A DNA stretch of 64,000 bases from Bugula neritina (taxonomy: Eukaryota; Animalia; Bryozoa), in assembly GCA_964035545.1 (NCBI GenBank), contig OZ037769.1:15530633-15594632 (forward strand). Reading direction: 5' to 3'. Of the stretch, positions 33,901 through 48,700 are shown piece after piece (position 1 is the stretch's first letter; every line of letters starts with the position of its first letter). The notes beneath the pieces are model-generated. The model had not been told where the DNA came from. It saw nothing but the letters and a program-made list of their open reading frames with translations, and searched no databases. A program made the position numbers and the translations under genes.

Positions 33901-36900
33901 CATGTCCACTCAGATTGAAGCGTAGGTTCTGGCAACATCAGTGTTCTCTCTGTCTATAGATCTCATTGTTTTATTATTTTCTACAGATTTCAGAAAAAGC
34001 CAATGATAGACTGAAAGTCTCCTTAGCCATGCAGTCTACCGACAAGAGGGCAGGAGTTATCTTCTCTGATCTCATGGAATCTCTATTTGAGAATATAGCT
34101 AAAGCCATCGAGATGCACCAGCCACTGATTGAGACTAAATATGGTAAGCTCTTACACATAACCTACTCTTCTAGTCACATGGCATTTACTTACTATATCT
34201 TTGCTGAGTTCTTGAAAACAGTTTTCTATATACAAAATGTTTTTTAATTTTGACATATTTCTGTTTAGATCACACTTTATGTAGGTCATGTTATATTTAG
34301 GTCACACATTATGTAGGTCATGTTATATTTAGGTCATGGCTGGCTGCTGACATTTGCAAAATGTGTTCAGAAGGAGTGTGATCGTCAGGCTAGACGGATA
34401 TTAGAAGAGTTTAAAAGCAGACGTCGGTTTGATCATGTGATCAGTAAGATACAAGAAGGCATGTCACACAAATCTGCCAACTCTGAGAAGTATGCTATAT
34501 GTTACAAGTTATAATATATATGTTACTAGTTATAATATATATGTTACTAGTTATAAAATATACGCTGCAAGTTATAAAATATATGCTGCAAGTTATAATA
34601 TATATGTTACTAGTTATAATATATATGTTACTAGTTATAATATATATGTTACTAGTAATAATATATATGTTACTAGTTATAATATATATGTTACTAGTTA
34701 TAATATATATGCTACTAGTTATAAAATATACGCTGCAAGTTATAATATATATGTTGCTAGTTATAATATATACGCCACTAGTTATAATATATATGCTGCA
34801 AGTTATAATACATATGCAACACAGTATAATATGTTGACATATGTAGTAATATATTGTAGTATATGTAGTAGACTAATTAGATACTTGGTAAACTCTGTGT
34901 GCTGTACTGTCTACTTATACACTCTCTGTGTTTTACTATTTGGTAATATTCTGTTTGCTTGGAATGAAGATCTCCTCTGAAACTCTCCCTTTAATCCATA
35001 GTTTTTCATATAAAGCCATTCAAGGTATTTCAACAGACTAATGGTATTCAATATAACTTCTGGTAAACATACCGTCTGTTTCTTGAACAGATACGACCCA
35101 AAAAGCCTGGATGTGCTGCTCGGTGAAATGACTATGATGAATGCCAAGTGTGAGCTTTACCTCCGCTTTCTCAAACGCCGAGTTACTGTGAGTTTCCGGA
35201 ACTTTCTAGCATTTCCTAGAACTAGTAATACGTTGATATGTTGATAGAACTAGTAATATACGGATAATTATGTTGATAGAGCTAGTAATATGTTGATAGA
35301 ACTAGTAATACGTTTCAGTCAGACCTCGAGAATGTGGCATTGGAGAAAACAGATTTAGAATCGAATCTTGCGGCGACTGACGACTTAGTGAGAAGATGTG
35401 ACCTGTGCAAGGAAATGCAGGTCATCATAGGATATTACATCATGATGGAGGAGTATTACATGAGAGAGATGGCTTCCAAGGCAGCATCACTAGACGTGTC
35501 CGACGCTGACTCTCTCACCTCCAGTATTGTTGATGACACGTTCTACTTGGTGAAGAAGAGCATCCGGTATTACTACGCCGTATTACTACGCTGTATTACT
35601 ACTCTGTATTACTACACTGTATCACTACTCTGTATCACTACACTGTATTACCACTCTGTATTACTACGCCGTTATCACAGGAGAGCACTCTCCAGCTCCA
35701 GTATAGATGGCGTCTGCGCCGTCATAAACCACGCCTGCTCCGTGCTGGACGAGAAGTTCATAGAGTTACTCAGAGGGAGGCTGAAGCTGGGCTATCCTTC
35801 CGGAACCTTCTCTCAGGCGTACACTCTCGTCTCCTCCAGTATTCAGCAGGGCAAGATTCAGTCCTCCGACACGGAGCAGAGCCGTCTGCAGTTTCTGGTG
35901 GGTGTTTCCTGATCCACCCCCTCATGGTGTTTCCTGATCCACCCCCCCTCTCATGGTGTTTCCTGATCCACCCTCTCTCATGGTGTTTCTTGATCCACCA
36001 CCTCTTACACGTTCTCATATGTTATCTTCTTCAGTGTGTTCTACACAATATAATGAATCCTGATCCACCACCTTCTCTCATGGTGTTTCACGTTCTCATA
36101 TGACATATGTTATATTTTTCAGTGTGTTTTACACCACGTAACAAATATATTTACCTACGTGTTGCTATCTGTGTGTTGACTTCAGTCTAAGAATTACAAT
36201 CCATAAAAATGATAACAGCTCAAAATAAAGCTAAAAGTTATGTCATGAACATCATTACATTAAATTCTAGCTGTGTTTTATGTCGAGTTTTGTTTGTTTT
36301 GTAACATTTTTTCTTGTAATCTGCTACTAATACGTCTGCATATTGTTGTGTGATACTCTACTAATACGTCAGCATATTGTCTTGTAGCTAACGCTGAACA
36401 ACTCGGAGGCGAGCAGTGAGAATATTCAGACTCTGAAAAGCAGCATCGAATCAGAGATTCCCAGACTCCTCAGCTCAGATAGTAAACACACAGATGAGAA
36501 ACTCGAGGTAGAGAGATTTCTTTATCACAGCTCCACTTTATTTAACCCTTAATGTTTTAGACAGTTTTGTCTGTACAGAAAGTACTGACTTAGCTACCAC
36601 ATATTCACTGTGTGTTCCCATATTAGATTTCTGTTCAAACGGTATAGTGGAAGTTTTAAAGTTTAAACTAATAAGTTTGATACATGATGGTGTAAGAGTG
36701 TGTTTGTCTAAAAACCTCCTTTTAGACTCATTTGACTTGTGTTTATGCTCATTCACTGCTGTTTTGTATTAGCAGTATTTATTTTGAATATAGTGGTTAT
36801 ACAAGCTATCTGTCATTTAATTGATGTATTGATTGATAATCTTTTTAGAGTTGTCTGACCGATTTGGGTCAAATGACCAAACGGTTCAAAGACCTCGTTG

Positions 36901-39900
36901 ATTTCGGATTCGATCAGCTCAGATCTTCAGCCATAAAGTCGAAATTGAAGTCAAGCATGGAGCAGTTTCTCTCTACTAGTCACAATATAGACGAGGTGAG
37001 TTACTAGATGGTGACTGGTAACTAACTACTCACTAGTAACTAGTATAACTACTAACTAGTAACTACTCACTACTAACTAGTATAACTACTCACTACTAAC
37101 TAGTATAACTACTCACTACTAACTAGTATAACTACTAACTACTCACTAGTAACTAGTATAACTACTCACTACTAACTACTCATTAGTAACTAGTATAACT
37201 ACTAGTATAACTCTTCACTAGCAACTAATAACTAGTAACTACTCACTAGCAACTACTCACTTATAACTACTAACCAACTACTCACTACTGACTACTCACT
37301 AATAATTAGTAACTACTCACTACTGACTAGTAACTACTAACTACTGACTACTCACTAGTAACTACTCACTATTCACTAATATAGCTACTCACTACTGTCT
37401 GTAGGAAACCTTCTCTGAATACGAGGCTGAAGACACGTGGATTAAGAACTTCATCGTGATGCTGGACACTTTCCTCAAGGGCTTCAAGTCGTACCTCACC
37501 CCCTCTAACTATGACAAGTTTGTGGCTCAACTGACTGCAGAGCTCACCTTGCAGCTGGAGAAAGCTGTCTTCAAGATGGCCTTCAACCGGGTAACGCCCT
37601 CTTTTCACCTCACTACTTGTTTACTGCCCATTTACTGCGTGTGCTGTATGCGCTGGCGTGTAGTAGTTAATGCCATGCTCCCTTGCCACATGATTTATAT
37701 TTCTATCATCACGAATAGTCTTTCTAATTTCTATTGCTAACTAAGAGTGTCTAGACATTTGCCAGAAATACATTGTGATAAGCAGCCATTTCCTGTTTCT
37801 CGTGTCACCTGACTTCTGATGTCGTATGGCAGAGCACTTGACTCTGCGTGTCAGTGTCACTCTTATTGGATGAAATGACACTTTTACAGCTGGGTGGTCT
37901 GCTGTTTGACAAGGAGTTGCGGGCCTTGCTGGGATATCTCGCTAACGTCACCACTTGGACCATCAGGGATAAGTTTGCCAGACTAACACAGATGGCCACA
38001 ATTCTAAATCTTGACCAGGTAAATTGGCTTATTTTGTTACTCACTCAACCTGAAGTTATCTTCCCCTAGTGTGTGTGCGCATTTAACATTGTAAATAGAA
38101 GGTCTAGAAGCTTCTATTTTATTATATAAAATCTATCCACAGTTATAAACATAATGCTTTAAGTAAAAATAGGTGGTTAACAAGTTGTTAGCTTAAGAAA
38201 AACCATCGTGTTGTTCTGTAAATTACAAATAATTCAGAATATTTACAATTGTATTATATTACAGCGTTAGTATTACACTCATGTATGTGTAGTGCTGTCT
38301 CTTTGTGATTGCGTGTTGTGGTGAGAAAGAGGAGACAACTCTGTGAGGTTGTTTATGTGACTGATTACTAAGAGCAGTTCAATATTGTATTTAATAACGA
38401 TATTGATTATAACAATATGTATAATATTATAATTATTATATCGAATGTATAATATAATAGTTACTATGTATAATGCTATACTAATTATATTTATAATATT
38501 ATTAAATATTACTAGCTTGTATATTGCTAATCACCAGTATATAAGATAGTGTATGCTCTAAAACAGTGTGTTTGCTGAAGTTAGGTCCAGCTGCTACACT
38601 GTACTGTATTATATTACTGATTATATCTTACTGATGTATTATCGTGCAGGTCTCAGAAATACTAGACTACTGGGGCTCAAACTCTGGCCCGGTGACTTGG
38701 AGACTGACTCCATCAGAAGTGCGTCAAGTCCTCACACTCAGGTACTACTTGAGCTACTCAAGTTGTAACTCAACATGTACTCGGTTAGCTCGTACTTGTC
38801 TGTTTAGTTTTTCTCCATGAGCAACAAAAGCTGATGAAAGTACTAAGTAATACATACGGTGTTGCTGAACTACTGGGCTGTAACAGTAGACTAGCTGCTT
38901 TGTATGCAGTTACTTGAATTTAGTTTGTTTTCTTCAATATTTGCTCCATTATATGCATTTATTTAATTATGATAAGTTTTATATATTTAAATGTATTACT
39001 TTTAATTGCATAATATGTGCATAATATAATATTATATACATTATGTTGTATTATATACACTACGTTGTATTATATACACTACGTTGTATTATATTCGCTA
39101 CGTGTTATGTCGCATGTATGACGTTGCGTTGTTTATTTTCCTTCTCTCTGCTAAGTGTGTCCTCTGCAGTCTGTTTACTCTGTCAACACTCTCGTGATGT
39201 CCTTTCTCTCAGGCAGCGGGTCGGTGCGCGAGATCGGCAGCAGCAGCTCCTTTATTTATGTCCTGTTTGTGGCTGTCTGTTTAATCAACGGACTTTAATC
39301 CAAACATCGGCTGTTGTGACAGTCTTGGTACTTGACTGTTAGAATCGTCTCCCCAATGTATATTAATAGTTTATACTAAAAGTTGAAAAAAATAGCTAAA
39401 CACATTCATGAATTCTACCTCTAAGCCAGGGACCTCCGTGTGAGGAGAGAACGGTTTGCTAACTCATAATACTGCCTTCTCTTTCAAAGGTGCAGTGGAT
39501 ATGAGTTCCACACTTATAGGGGAGTTTCTGTTTGTCCTGATTCAGTTTTATACATACTTCATGTTTCCCTGCGACGTGTTTTTCTTCTCTCAGTGTGCGT
39601 TTCCTTGAATAGTGGAAATGTTGCAATTATCTTGCCACCTGAGTCTCTATGCCTGCCTCTGGTTTCACTGCATCTCCAAAAGTTACCTCAGCATGTCATT
39701 TGACCTTCCTCCAACTTCATCTTGTTTCGAACTCATTATCGGCCAGGGTGTTTGTAAGTTAACATTCGGTATGTAGCTACCCTCCATCTTAGATATCACG
39801 TACCAAACCTCTACTACTTCTGCACGTCTCTCTCTTCTGCTGTGAACAGGGCTGAGTCATCCCGCTAAGTCTAATTAATTACCTCTTCCTATTATAGTTC

Positions 39901-40254
39901 TAGTTTACTTGTAAACATTTCGTATTGTATTTGCCTAATTTATTACACTGATTAGTTACATGCTCTTAGGGTGGTGTGTTTTAGCTGGAGGCATTACATA
40001 ATACATAATATAAGTTATTTGTGATGATCACTACATGAGGTAAAGGGAAGGTATGCCCCAGGTGTGCCAAGATTCTCCTCGGTGGAATGATTCTTCTGGA
40101 ATTCAAGGTTGCACCTGTATAAACTGGCTGTGTTTTCTTACACTTGTTGTGATTATCATATACTCTACTCTTGGCTAGCTGGGATATTGACAATTGTATT
40201 GCCGATTGCAGAGTAGACTTTGGCCATGAGGAGATTCGGCATCTCAAGTTGTGA
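30934..40254 (+). CDS. COG4: Conserved oligomeric Golgi complex subunit 4
   Basis: Peptides [129 protein letters not shown] and final exon [13 protein letters not shown] (40212-40254) match the COG4 family. The start codon could instead be at 30809 via a short extra intron. Confidence 0.95.
32534..33011 (+). repeat. 40-bp minisatellite (~12 units) making up an entire COG4 intron
   Basis: Unit GTATAT(CA/TC)TACTCTTACAGTAGTTATCTTCTCTCTATTCT. Confidence 0.95.
33526..33650 (+). repeat. 21-bp minisatellite starting at a COG4 donor site
   Basis: Unit GGTAGACCACACCCACAGTTA. Confidence 0.9.
34490..34830 (+). repeat. 21-bp AT-rich minisatellite in a COG4 intron
   Basis: Unit AGTTATAATATATATGTTACT. 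Confidence 0.92.
37000..37395 (+). repeat. Degenerate ACTA-rich tandem repeat filling a COG4 intron
   Basis: Recurring ACTAACTAGTATAACTACTC motifs. Confidence 0.9.
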
Positions 40255-41186
40255 CGTCTTTTCATGGCGTCCAAATCTCCGACAGCGAAGTTACCAGTCC
40301 CTGTCACGCAACGTCGTGTAGGTTACAGCACCTACAGCCTGTACCAACCTGGCCACAGAACTCTGCTGTACCAACCTGGCCATGGAACTGTAAACCTAGT
40401 GGACTGGTCAATACCATGACTCACACATCCATTCCATTCGGATATCCTAGTGTTATATTTTTTTGTAAATGATAATCGGATATCTAAGCTTACTGTTTAT
40501 CCAAGTATAGATTACCAACACATCTGTCTGAAGGTTTTTTGCTGAATAAATGTTTGTCGTTAGCTTATGTTAATCACACGATTAGAAGAATGAGGGAACC
40601 TGTAGTTGTTACTATTGAATTTAATTCAATTCTATATTTATTCAACTATTTATTCTATGAACTAGAACTATATGCAATTGTTATAGAACACTTATTGTAA
40701 AATGGCTATAATTTGTTAACCTTTGTATCACCATTCAAACTAGTTTTATTTATTGTGTTGTTACTTTAAAAAAAATTTATTATATACAAAATAATAATGG
40801 TTACTATAATATATTAAAATATGAATTACAAAGTACAAGTTGTGTTTTGTATTTGGCACACAATATCTCAACTAACTTTTTAGAAAATAGGATAAATTTG
40901 TACACAATAATAAAAACAGCTACACTAAACGTTTAAGTTATATTGTATGAGCACCATTTGAAATCTACAGCTATGGTCCATATACATAATGCTATATTCT
41001 TATATCATCTAAAATAATGTTTAATAAGTTACATTCAGAGTTCAGGAAGGTAGATTTACATTTCCAAGCAGCTGCTAAATTTAATATAATATGTACATCT
41101 TATCTTGTAGATTATCTTGTAAATAGGATAGTGACAAGTATACTAGTTTGAGATCTTAGCTACCCATATAGGGCTGATCCGAATTG

Positions 41187-44100
41187 TTAGTTTTCAGTCA
41201 ATTCTTCCATCCCATTAGCCGGCTGCTTAGGGAATGAATCACCACTGGTATGTTTCTTTCTCCATTTTGTCCTTCGATTTTGGAACCACACCTGAAAACA
41301 GAAAAAAACAAAATGTTGTAATGAGAAGCCCTCTACTCAACAGTGTTACTATGCTTTTGCTATGAGCTCAAGACATTTAGCATTGTGAACTATCAACAAT
41401 TGGAACATAAAGTTGCTCCTATTCGTACCTTGACTTGGTTTTCGCTCATTCCGACTCTTTTAGCTAATGCCGTTCGCTCCGCCCCTGCTAAATATTTCTG
41501 CTGCTCAAACTTTTTTTCTAAAGTAAAGATTTGCAGACCAGTGAAGGTTGGTCTCATCATTTTCCTTCTCTTCCCATTCGGTGACTCACACTGGGGAACT
41601 TGTGCTACGTCTGCAAAACAGAAACCCGCTGTCAACATTCTTTAATAATGACTAACACAAGTCTAAATAATTTAAACCTAGTGTCACATAAACAAATAAG
41701 AACCTTGCTTAACATGTCTCTACACATAAAGTGCTTGAACCCATGTGAATTGTAAGGAGTGTATATTTTTCTACAGGTGTTCATCATTAATACATCAGTG
41801 CGACAAATGTTCCCACCAGTGCCTGAAATTATGTGTGTATTTTTATTTAAGAGTTAGACACTTTGCATAACTGGTTACATGGATTAACAAGTGGCAGCAA
41901 GTGCCCTAAGCAGTGTGCAGCGTTTGTGGCTTGCAATATATGACACCTGAGGACAGGTGGTTACTCTGTAAGTTCTTTACCTGCTATTTCAATCTGAAAT
42001 GCATCCTCATTTACCATAATGATAAGCAAATCGATGTCACTTTTATGGCTCAAGAATTATTTAGTACAATAATAGTAGCAATGTGGGTTTAATAACACTT
42101 TTTATTTTTATTTCTGGCCTAAATTTAGAACATTTAGAATTGGGTAACCTGCTAGACAGCTATTGTCAGTGGTTGTTGTGGTATCACTGTGGTCAGCTGA
42201 AACAACATTACAATTATTAAAAATACTATTATTCTTCAATAGAATACATAATGCACCTTGTATGGGAAACTCTATCTCCAACCACCAAAATGCTTACTGT
42301 TGGTTTATTATACATAGGTTGTTTCTAAAATTGACATTACATTTTCGTTGTGAAGCACTAAAGATAAGCATACACTGCTAGCAACTTTAAACTGCTTTTT
42401 ATCATGAAAGGTTAGTCTTTAAACAAAATGAACAGTTTTTGACTGCAAAGTTGGGAAATGAAGATGTGCTTACACTGACATTGTCAACAGAGCTATACAT
42501 TGTAAGAAATTGCTTTTTTTACACAAATGATACATGAGCTAGTCAAGCTTCAACATATAGTTCTTCAGTATATACTCTGTGTCCCACGGTGTATAATATT
42601 ATGTACATCTTAGTATGTTTGTACATATAGTAGTTGTGGAGCTAGAAACATGGCAATTTTACCTGGCCACCTTGGCGTATATGTTTACATGTAAACGAAG
42701 CAATTGTTTACTTGTTCAGATATTCTTAAATTAAAAACACTTGGGAATCAACAAATTTTCCACAGATTCAAAAAGCAGCTAGAGATGGGAAATGCAGCTT
42801 CCAAATTCTACAAATTATAAGGAGGGGGAAGGATGGGGAGGTTGGAGGAGAGACCCCTAGTGAGTAACCAGCGACTAGAGTTCTATTTCGAGGCAGAACA
42901 ACTCTGCTAAGTTAAAATCATAGCCCAGGGGACATGATTTCTGCTGTATGTAGACGAGAGGGGCAGATATAGTTTGAACTTTTCAACTTGACAGATTTTG
43001 GGAAAATAGGACTAAACTTACAACTTTGGTAACTTCAGTTATTAAACTTGCCGTTATAAATTATAATGTAGTAGAACAATTTTTCTTGCAAGAATTCATA
43101 TATTAGTGTTACTATAGCCTACTAACAGTGATAGTGATAAAGTGATGGGATACTAGTACTATATGGTGCTGTATTAGTTCAGAGTACAGCAAGCATAAGT
43201 ACTAGTAGCTGTGGGTACAGGGTAATTAGTCATTATAGGTAAGGTGTTGCGAAATTAAGTGTCACGGAGCTGGACATTCATTTCCTAATGCAATTAACTA
43301 CAAGCTGTATTTTTGTTCTTGCTTATGAAAATATTATCAAACTTATAATAATAATTCTAATGAAACATACACCAGCTTCAGCAACAACTCTGAGTAATTA
43401 ATAATCAAGGCCTGCTAGCTTCCGCCTGTAAACTCAATTAATTTTGAAAAAAAACTTTTATACTCAAATCAAAAACCACAAATTCCACCCTAGAACTTGA
43501 TATTAAAATTTGTAAAACATGCTGAGATGGAACTGATGCAACAGCCACAGCTGATGAAGTTGTGATTGCTAGTGCCTCAAGTGTTGGCTGAATAAATTAT
43601 AAGTCAAGTGGATAACCCAGACTAGTACCGACACTTATGGTGACCAACTTCTGTTCGGCCTCCTTTTCAGTAACCTCATTACTCATTACTTTGTAAGAGA
43701 TGCACTTGAATAAGAACATAACTGCTAATCTGTGACTACTGAAAGTACTCTATTAGAGGAAAGTAAATCAAAACAAATTGTTTCTCCCCAAAGTCTGCTA
43801 ATTTTTGAATTAAAGTTTGTCAAGAAAGATTTCCTCCAAATTAACTTAAGTTGAAATCTGAGGTAATGCAACAACACTAAGACTGAGAGAGTTGTACATC
43901 TTGAGTTTGTTAACTTCCATAGCTACAGCTATTAGCTATAGAGTATAGAGAGGTACCCCCCTGCACTCCCCACTAGATAAATACAACTAAGTAAATATGG
44001 CACTATAAGCATAGACTTTGCTACTCACCTTGACCTTGGTAGTGGTACATGCAGTCTGTGGGCTTTACATAGTTAGGAGTTGTCTGCCAGTATAAAGAGT

Positions 44101-44695
44101 TGGGAGATGGTTTGGTCTCGAGGGGAGATGGAGGGAAGTATGTGGCGCTAGAAGGAGCGTGTAGAGGATTCGTGACGTCTGCATTACTTACTGGGTGTTG
44201 CGCTGCCGCCGGCGAATATGACTGACTATGCTGAAACTTTCGCTTAAAGAAACCACCTGCAAGCTCCTGCTGGTAGTTTCGTATACAGTTACTATAATAC
44301 TGTCCTGCATCTACAGCGTATGACATAGTGTGACAGGTGCTCATGGCACTGCTGGCAGGTGACTGCAGGCTCTCTGGAGGAGATGGTGGATATTGACTGG
44401 TGGGCGATGAACCAGCAGTCGAGTGAGCGTATTCTTTCGGCAGATTCGACTTTATGGAGTCGCCGGACTGACTGTACGTCTGCTGGGGAGAATACTGTTT
44501 TACCTGCGGAGAATATTCTTTTACCTGCGAAGAATATTCTTTTGCCTGCGGTTTGATTGCCTCGTTGAAGTGCTGTTGAGAGTAGATATAGCCTGGGTAG
44601 TAGCTGTCCAGAGAGTTGTATATGCCATAGTTCTTAGAGTTACTGTTATCTATCAACCCGTGCTCGGGCACCCTAGGACTGCAGTCTACGAGCAT
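41187..44695 (-). CDS. NKX6: NK6-family homeobox transcription factor, 3 exons
   Basis: Homeodomain [46 protein letters not shown]|[14 protein letters not shown] carries the NK6-type RPTF, KYLAG and RRTKWRKKH signatures. Exons ~44029-44695, ~41429-41610 and 41187-41291. Confidence 0.85.
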
Positions 44696-45585
44696 TTTCT
44701 GCTGCTAATAGCTTGTATGGAGATGATAGTGAGGAAGACACGGCACTACTGATTGATATTCTATAATACTGTCTAATTTATTACCTTTCACAATACCTGT
44801 CTGCTATTAGAATAGGGGGCGGAGCTAATGTTTCCTTGTTCCTATTGGCTGTTGATTCTAAAGCTAATTACTGTGTTTCAGCTGCATTTCTTCAATCAAG
44901 TTTCACTTTACTATAATGTGCTTCACCTGTATTTTTGAAAGTTTAATTTATTTAGCAGTTTATCCCTTCAAGTATTTAGTTGAGACTTTTGTTCATAAAT
45001 TTTGCCGATTTAATGTTGTGAAGTGATGGACTTTTTAGTATAACGGATAGATGATAATTAGTTAGTTGAATTCTTATGAATCATTCGAATATTGAACAGC
45101 TAATAAAACGAAGCATCATTAAACATATTTTCATAAGCTCCTTTTGTAGTGCCATAGTATGATATGACATAAAATAATATGATATAATATAGTATGATAT
45201 AATGTAATATGATATAATACAATGCACTGCAATATAATACGATATAATAGAAATAAAATGCAATATATTATGCAAAAACATTTATAAATATATTGAACAA
45301 AGTTTAAAGTAAGAGAGACTCTATAAGGTGCTATTTCATATCCAAATTTCAAAACTAAAATCATTTTCACAAACAGAAATGTTGGTAATATGTAAAAGAA
45401 ACCAACTTATAAAGAATATGTGTATGCATTAATTTGTTACGTAAGAATAATTAATACTCATCAATGATAAAAAAAGTTTTACACTTCTGATTGAATGTAA
45501 AACTCTTGCAAGTTATTTTTGTTTCATCAACTCAAGATTCAATGAGTCATATTTGGGACATGCACTCATCAGCCTTCACAGCATA

Positions 45586-45750
45586 GTAGAGGCAACAGAG
45601 TAGAGGCAGCAGGGTACAGGCAGCAGGGTACAGGCAGCAGGGTAGAGGCAGCAGGGTAGAGGCAGCAGGGTAGAGGCAGCAGGGTAGAGGCAGCAGGGTA
45701 CAGGCAGCAGGGTACAGGCAGCAGGGTAGAGGCAGCAGGGCACAGGTAGC
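45586..45750. repeat. 13-bp minisatellite (GGCAGCAGGGTA(G/C)A-like)
   Basis: About 12 tandem units. Confidence 0.92.
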
Positions 45751-48700
45751 ACATCAGCGTACATGTTCGTATAGATCACCTGCCAAGTTGATAAAAGTTT
45801 TGTTTTAATTAATGAAGACATCTTTATACATCTCATATCATGATTAAAGTCAGCATTGATTGGCTGTCACAGAATATCAATTGATCATACGGCAGCAATA
45901 ATATGAAGTTTGTCCACCGAGAAGTGAGATGACTAAGTGATCATACTTGACAATAAAACAAACAATTCACAATTAGTAGAGCAGTAAAATAAGTATAAAT
46001 TTTTATTTTATAATAGACATGCTCTTTAATGATGGAAATAAACTTTCACTATAAACATTAAATTCTGGAAATTATCCCTGTAAGTGAATTAACGACAAAA
46101 ATGTTTTTAGGTTTATCTAAATTTTAAAATAATAAAGTCGATTGCAAATGCCTCCATGGTTGGAGTTGTCTTTTTTAATAAATATTACGCGACATCTAGC
46201 TAGCTCTGTAGTGAAGATGATGGAGAATGTTAGAGGTCTTTGCAGCCTTAACATGTTGAATTAGTGAAAAGAACAGTTCCATGTAATATAGAACTCTACG
46301 TGAATCTCAACAGCTAAGTTTGTGTTGGTTTTTTGCTGCATACAAAAGTATCACTCCAATTGTTTCTGAAAAAACTTCACCTGCGGAAATGCTAAGAGAA
46401 TCAAAACCCACATTCAATAGTGAAAAGTCCAACCATATCCCATACACTGTCTACTCAAACCAAACCTTTTCATTAATATGCCGTATTATTATTATTTCAC
46501 CTTATTAAAAATATACTTCTGCAGCTAGCTGGTTTAACAATGCTAAAATAAAAAACCAGCTAATGACCACAAAACTAGCTACTGTTGGGAGAAAATTGCT
46601 AAGGAATTAAGTCACTTGCTACAGATATATATTGTATTCTGTCCACCACCTCTTCAGTGTTAAACTATTCTCCAACTTACCATTATTGATATATGTTCAC
46701 ACTAATAGCCTAATAAACATAGTTCTATAACATAATACAATTAATTAAATGGTGTATTATATGAATGGCGCAATGTACTATAGTTATAGCCAGAATATGC
46801 AGATATCTATTATTAGTAACTGAGTTACCAAAGGTGTCCGTAGTCTTACCACAGCATTCCCAGGTTCTCAGTCTATGTGAAAGAAAGTGACACTTGCAAC
46901 CACCTGTGGCAGGAAATACATGCAATATAATTTAGTGGTTGAGACTACCCATATAGTGCTTCTATATTACACTGCAGGTAAATGAACTTATACTTTATAT
47001 AATTGTAGATAAATGAATTGTTATTTTGTACAAGGTTGTAGGTGAAAAATCCTGGTTTTTTGGTCGTATAGCAAAAGGTGTTTTAATTAGTTTTAATGTG
47101 TTTCAAGAGCTAGTTGATATAATACATGACATAGTAGAAATGTTAAACTGGAGAAAGAGCATTATTATTTATAATTGCTGAAGTTATTAATAATTGCACT
47201 TGAGGAAATAAAAAAATTCTTAAAACATTTAAAATAAATGCCAACAATCATCCAAAGAAGCAGTAACTAGTTACACACATCTTGTAGCTTGCCTTTGAAA
47301 TCTTTAAAAAAACTTTTTATATAATCTAAAATATACAGAATATTTTTTACATCAGGTTTCAATAATTAAATAGCTATTTACTAATTAAAACTGCTGATTG
47401 TAAATGAACTTTTTTTATGAAATTAAAATTCAAAGTAATTACTGAATCAGCTGAGTAGATGGGTCCAAGACATGCAGCTTTGTTCAGTTCTGAGTTGTAG
47501 TAGCGAAGACAATGCAGACGGTACAGCTTTGTTTATTATTGGCTGTAGAGTTCCACATGATTGATTGGTAAGTGTCACATATCGAAATGCGGTCTGGTTG
47601 TAAACCACTTACCAGAAAGTATGCATGTCTAATGTAACTTCTACATTTGTTGAGAGACCAGATAAGTTCTTGCTAAATCTTTCTTGCAATTAATTAATAA
47701 AGAGTATGGAATTGCAGACAGAATAAATTAATACACTTATTTCAGAGTAAGTGATGGCAAAAGCTATAATCATTTATCTAATTACAAATTACCATTTATA
47801 TACTAGAGTATAATATTGATATATCGTTACTGATAGCCATTTATGTGGTTTGGTAAATTTAAATTTTAAAGCAAAAAGTTTGTTAAACTTTTTCTTTGCA
47901 ATAATATTAAATTATATAGCCATAGAGTTGAAGTTCAAATTTACCCAAATTACACACTCAAGTGACAGCAAAATAAATTATATATAATTTGCTTGCATAT
48001 ATAAGTTATTTGGATTAATGCTATCCAATATAGGCATCTTTTTAAAATTTCAGCTGAACAAAAAGCTGCTTAAAGAGTCTGGTAACTAAAATAATTTTAA
48101 ATACCACTAACCATAGTTGAGAATGTGAAAGTCAGTTTAATTGTTAAAAAGCAAAAGGGGTGACTTTTCTAATCATAATTGGCAGTTTTCCAAACAACAG
48201 GGCACATGGTAATAAAAAATTATTTTACTTCTATAATAGAGTAATGTCATGTATATAACACTTGGAGTATAACACTCTATTTTGGCAGTTTTCAATACTC
48301 AATGCATCAACATCATTAACAGGAATTGACTGCCAACTTTGTGCATCTTATTCAACATTTCTATGTTTTTTTTCTGGTCATCTGCTCTGTCTGAAACATC
48401 ATTGTGAAAATGCTAATTTAAAATTAAGTTTATTGATTATAGAAGTTCTATTATTGATGCAGACATGTTTTGGGCAATAAGAAGCTAAATAAATTCAAAG
48501 TTTTGGAACACCCAAGTCTATTGTAGTAATTATAATTATTGCAATTATTTCAGAAGGAATGAGATGAACAGCCCAAGACGTAAGAAGCCTTAGAGCAGCA
48601 AGTCACTTAGTCTGAGATCACTAATCAACCTTTAGATTATTGTGACTACTATAATTAAAGACAGAAAGGTGTCTAGTGCTAAGTTAGGAAAGGCTTTAAA

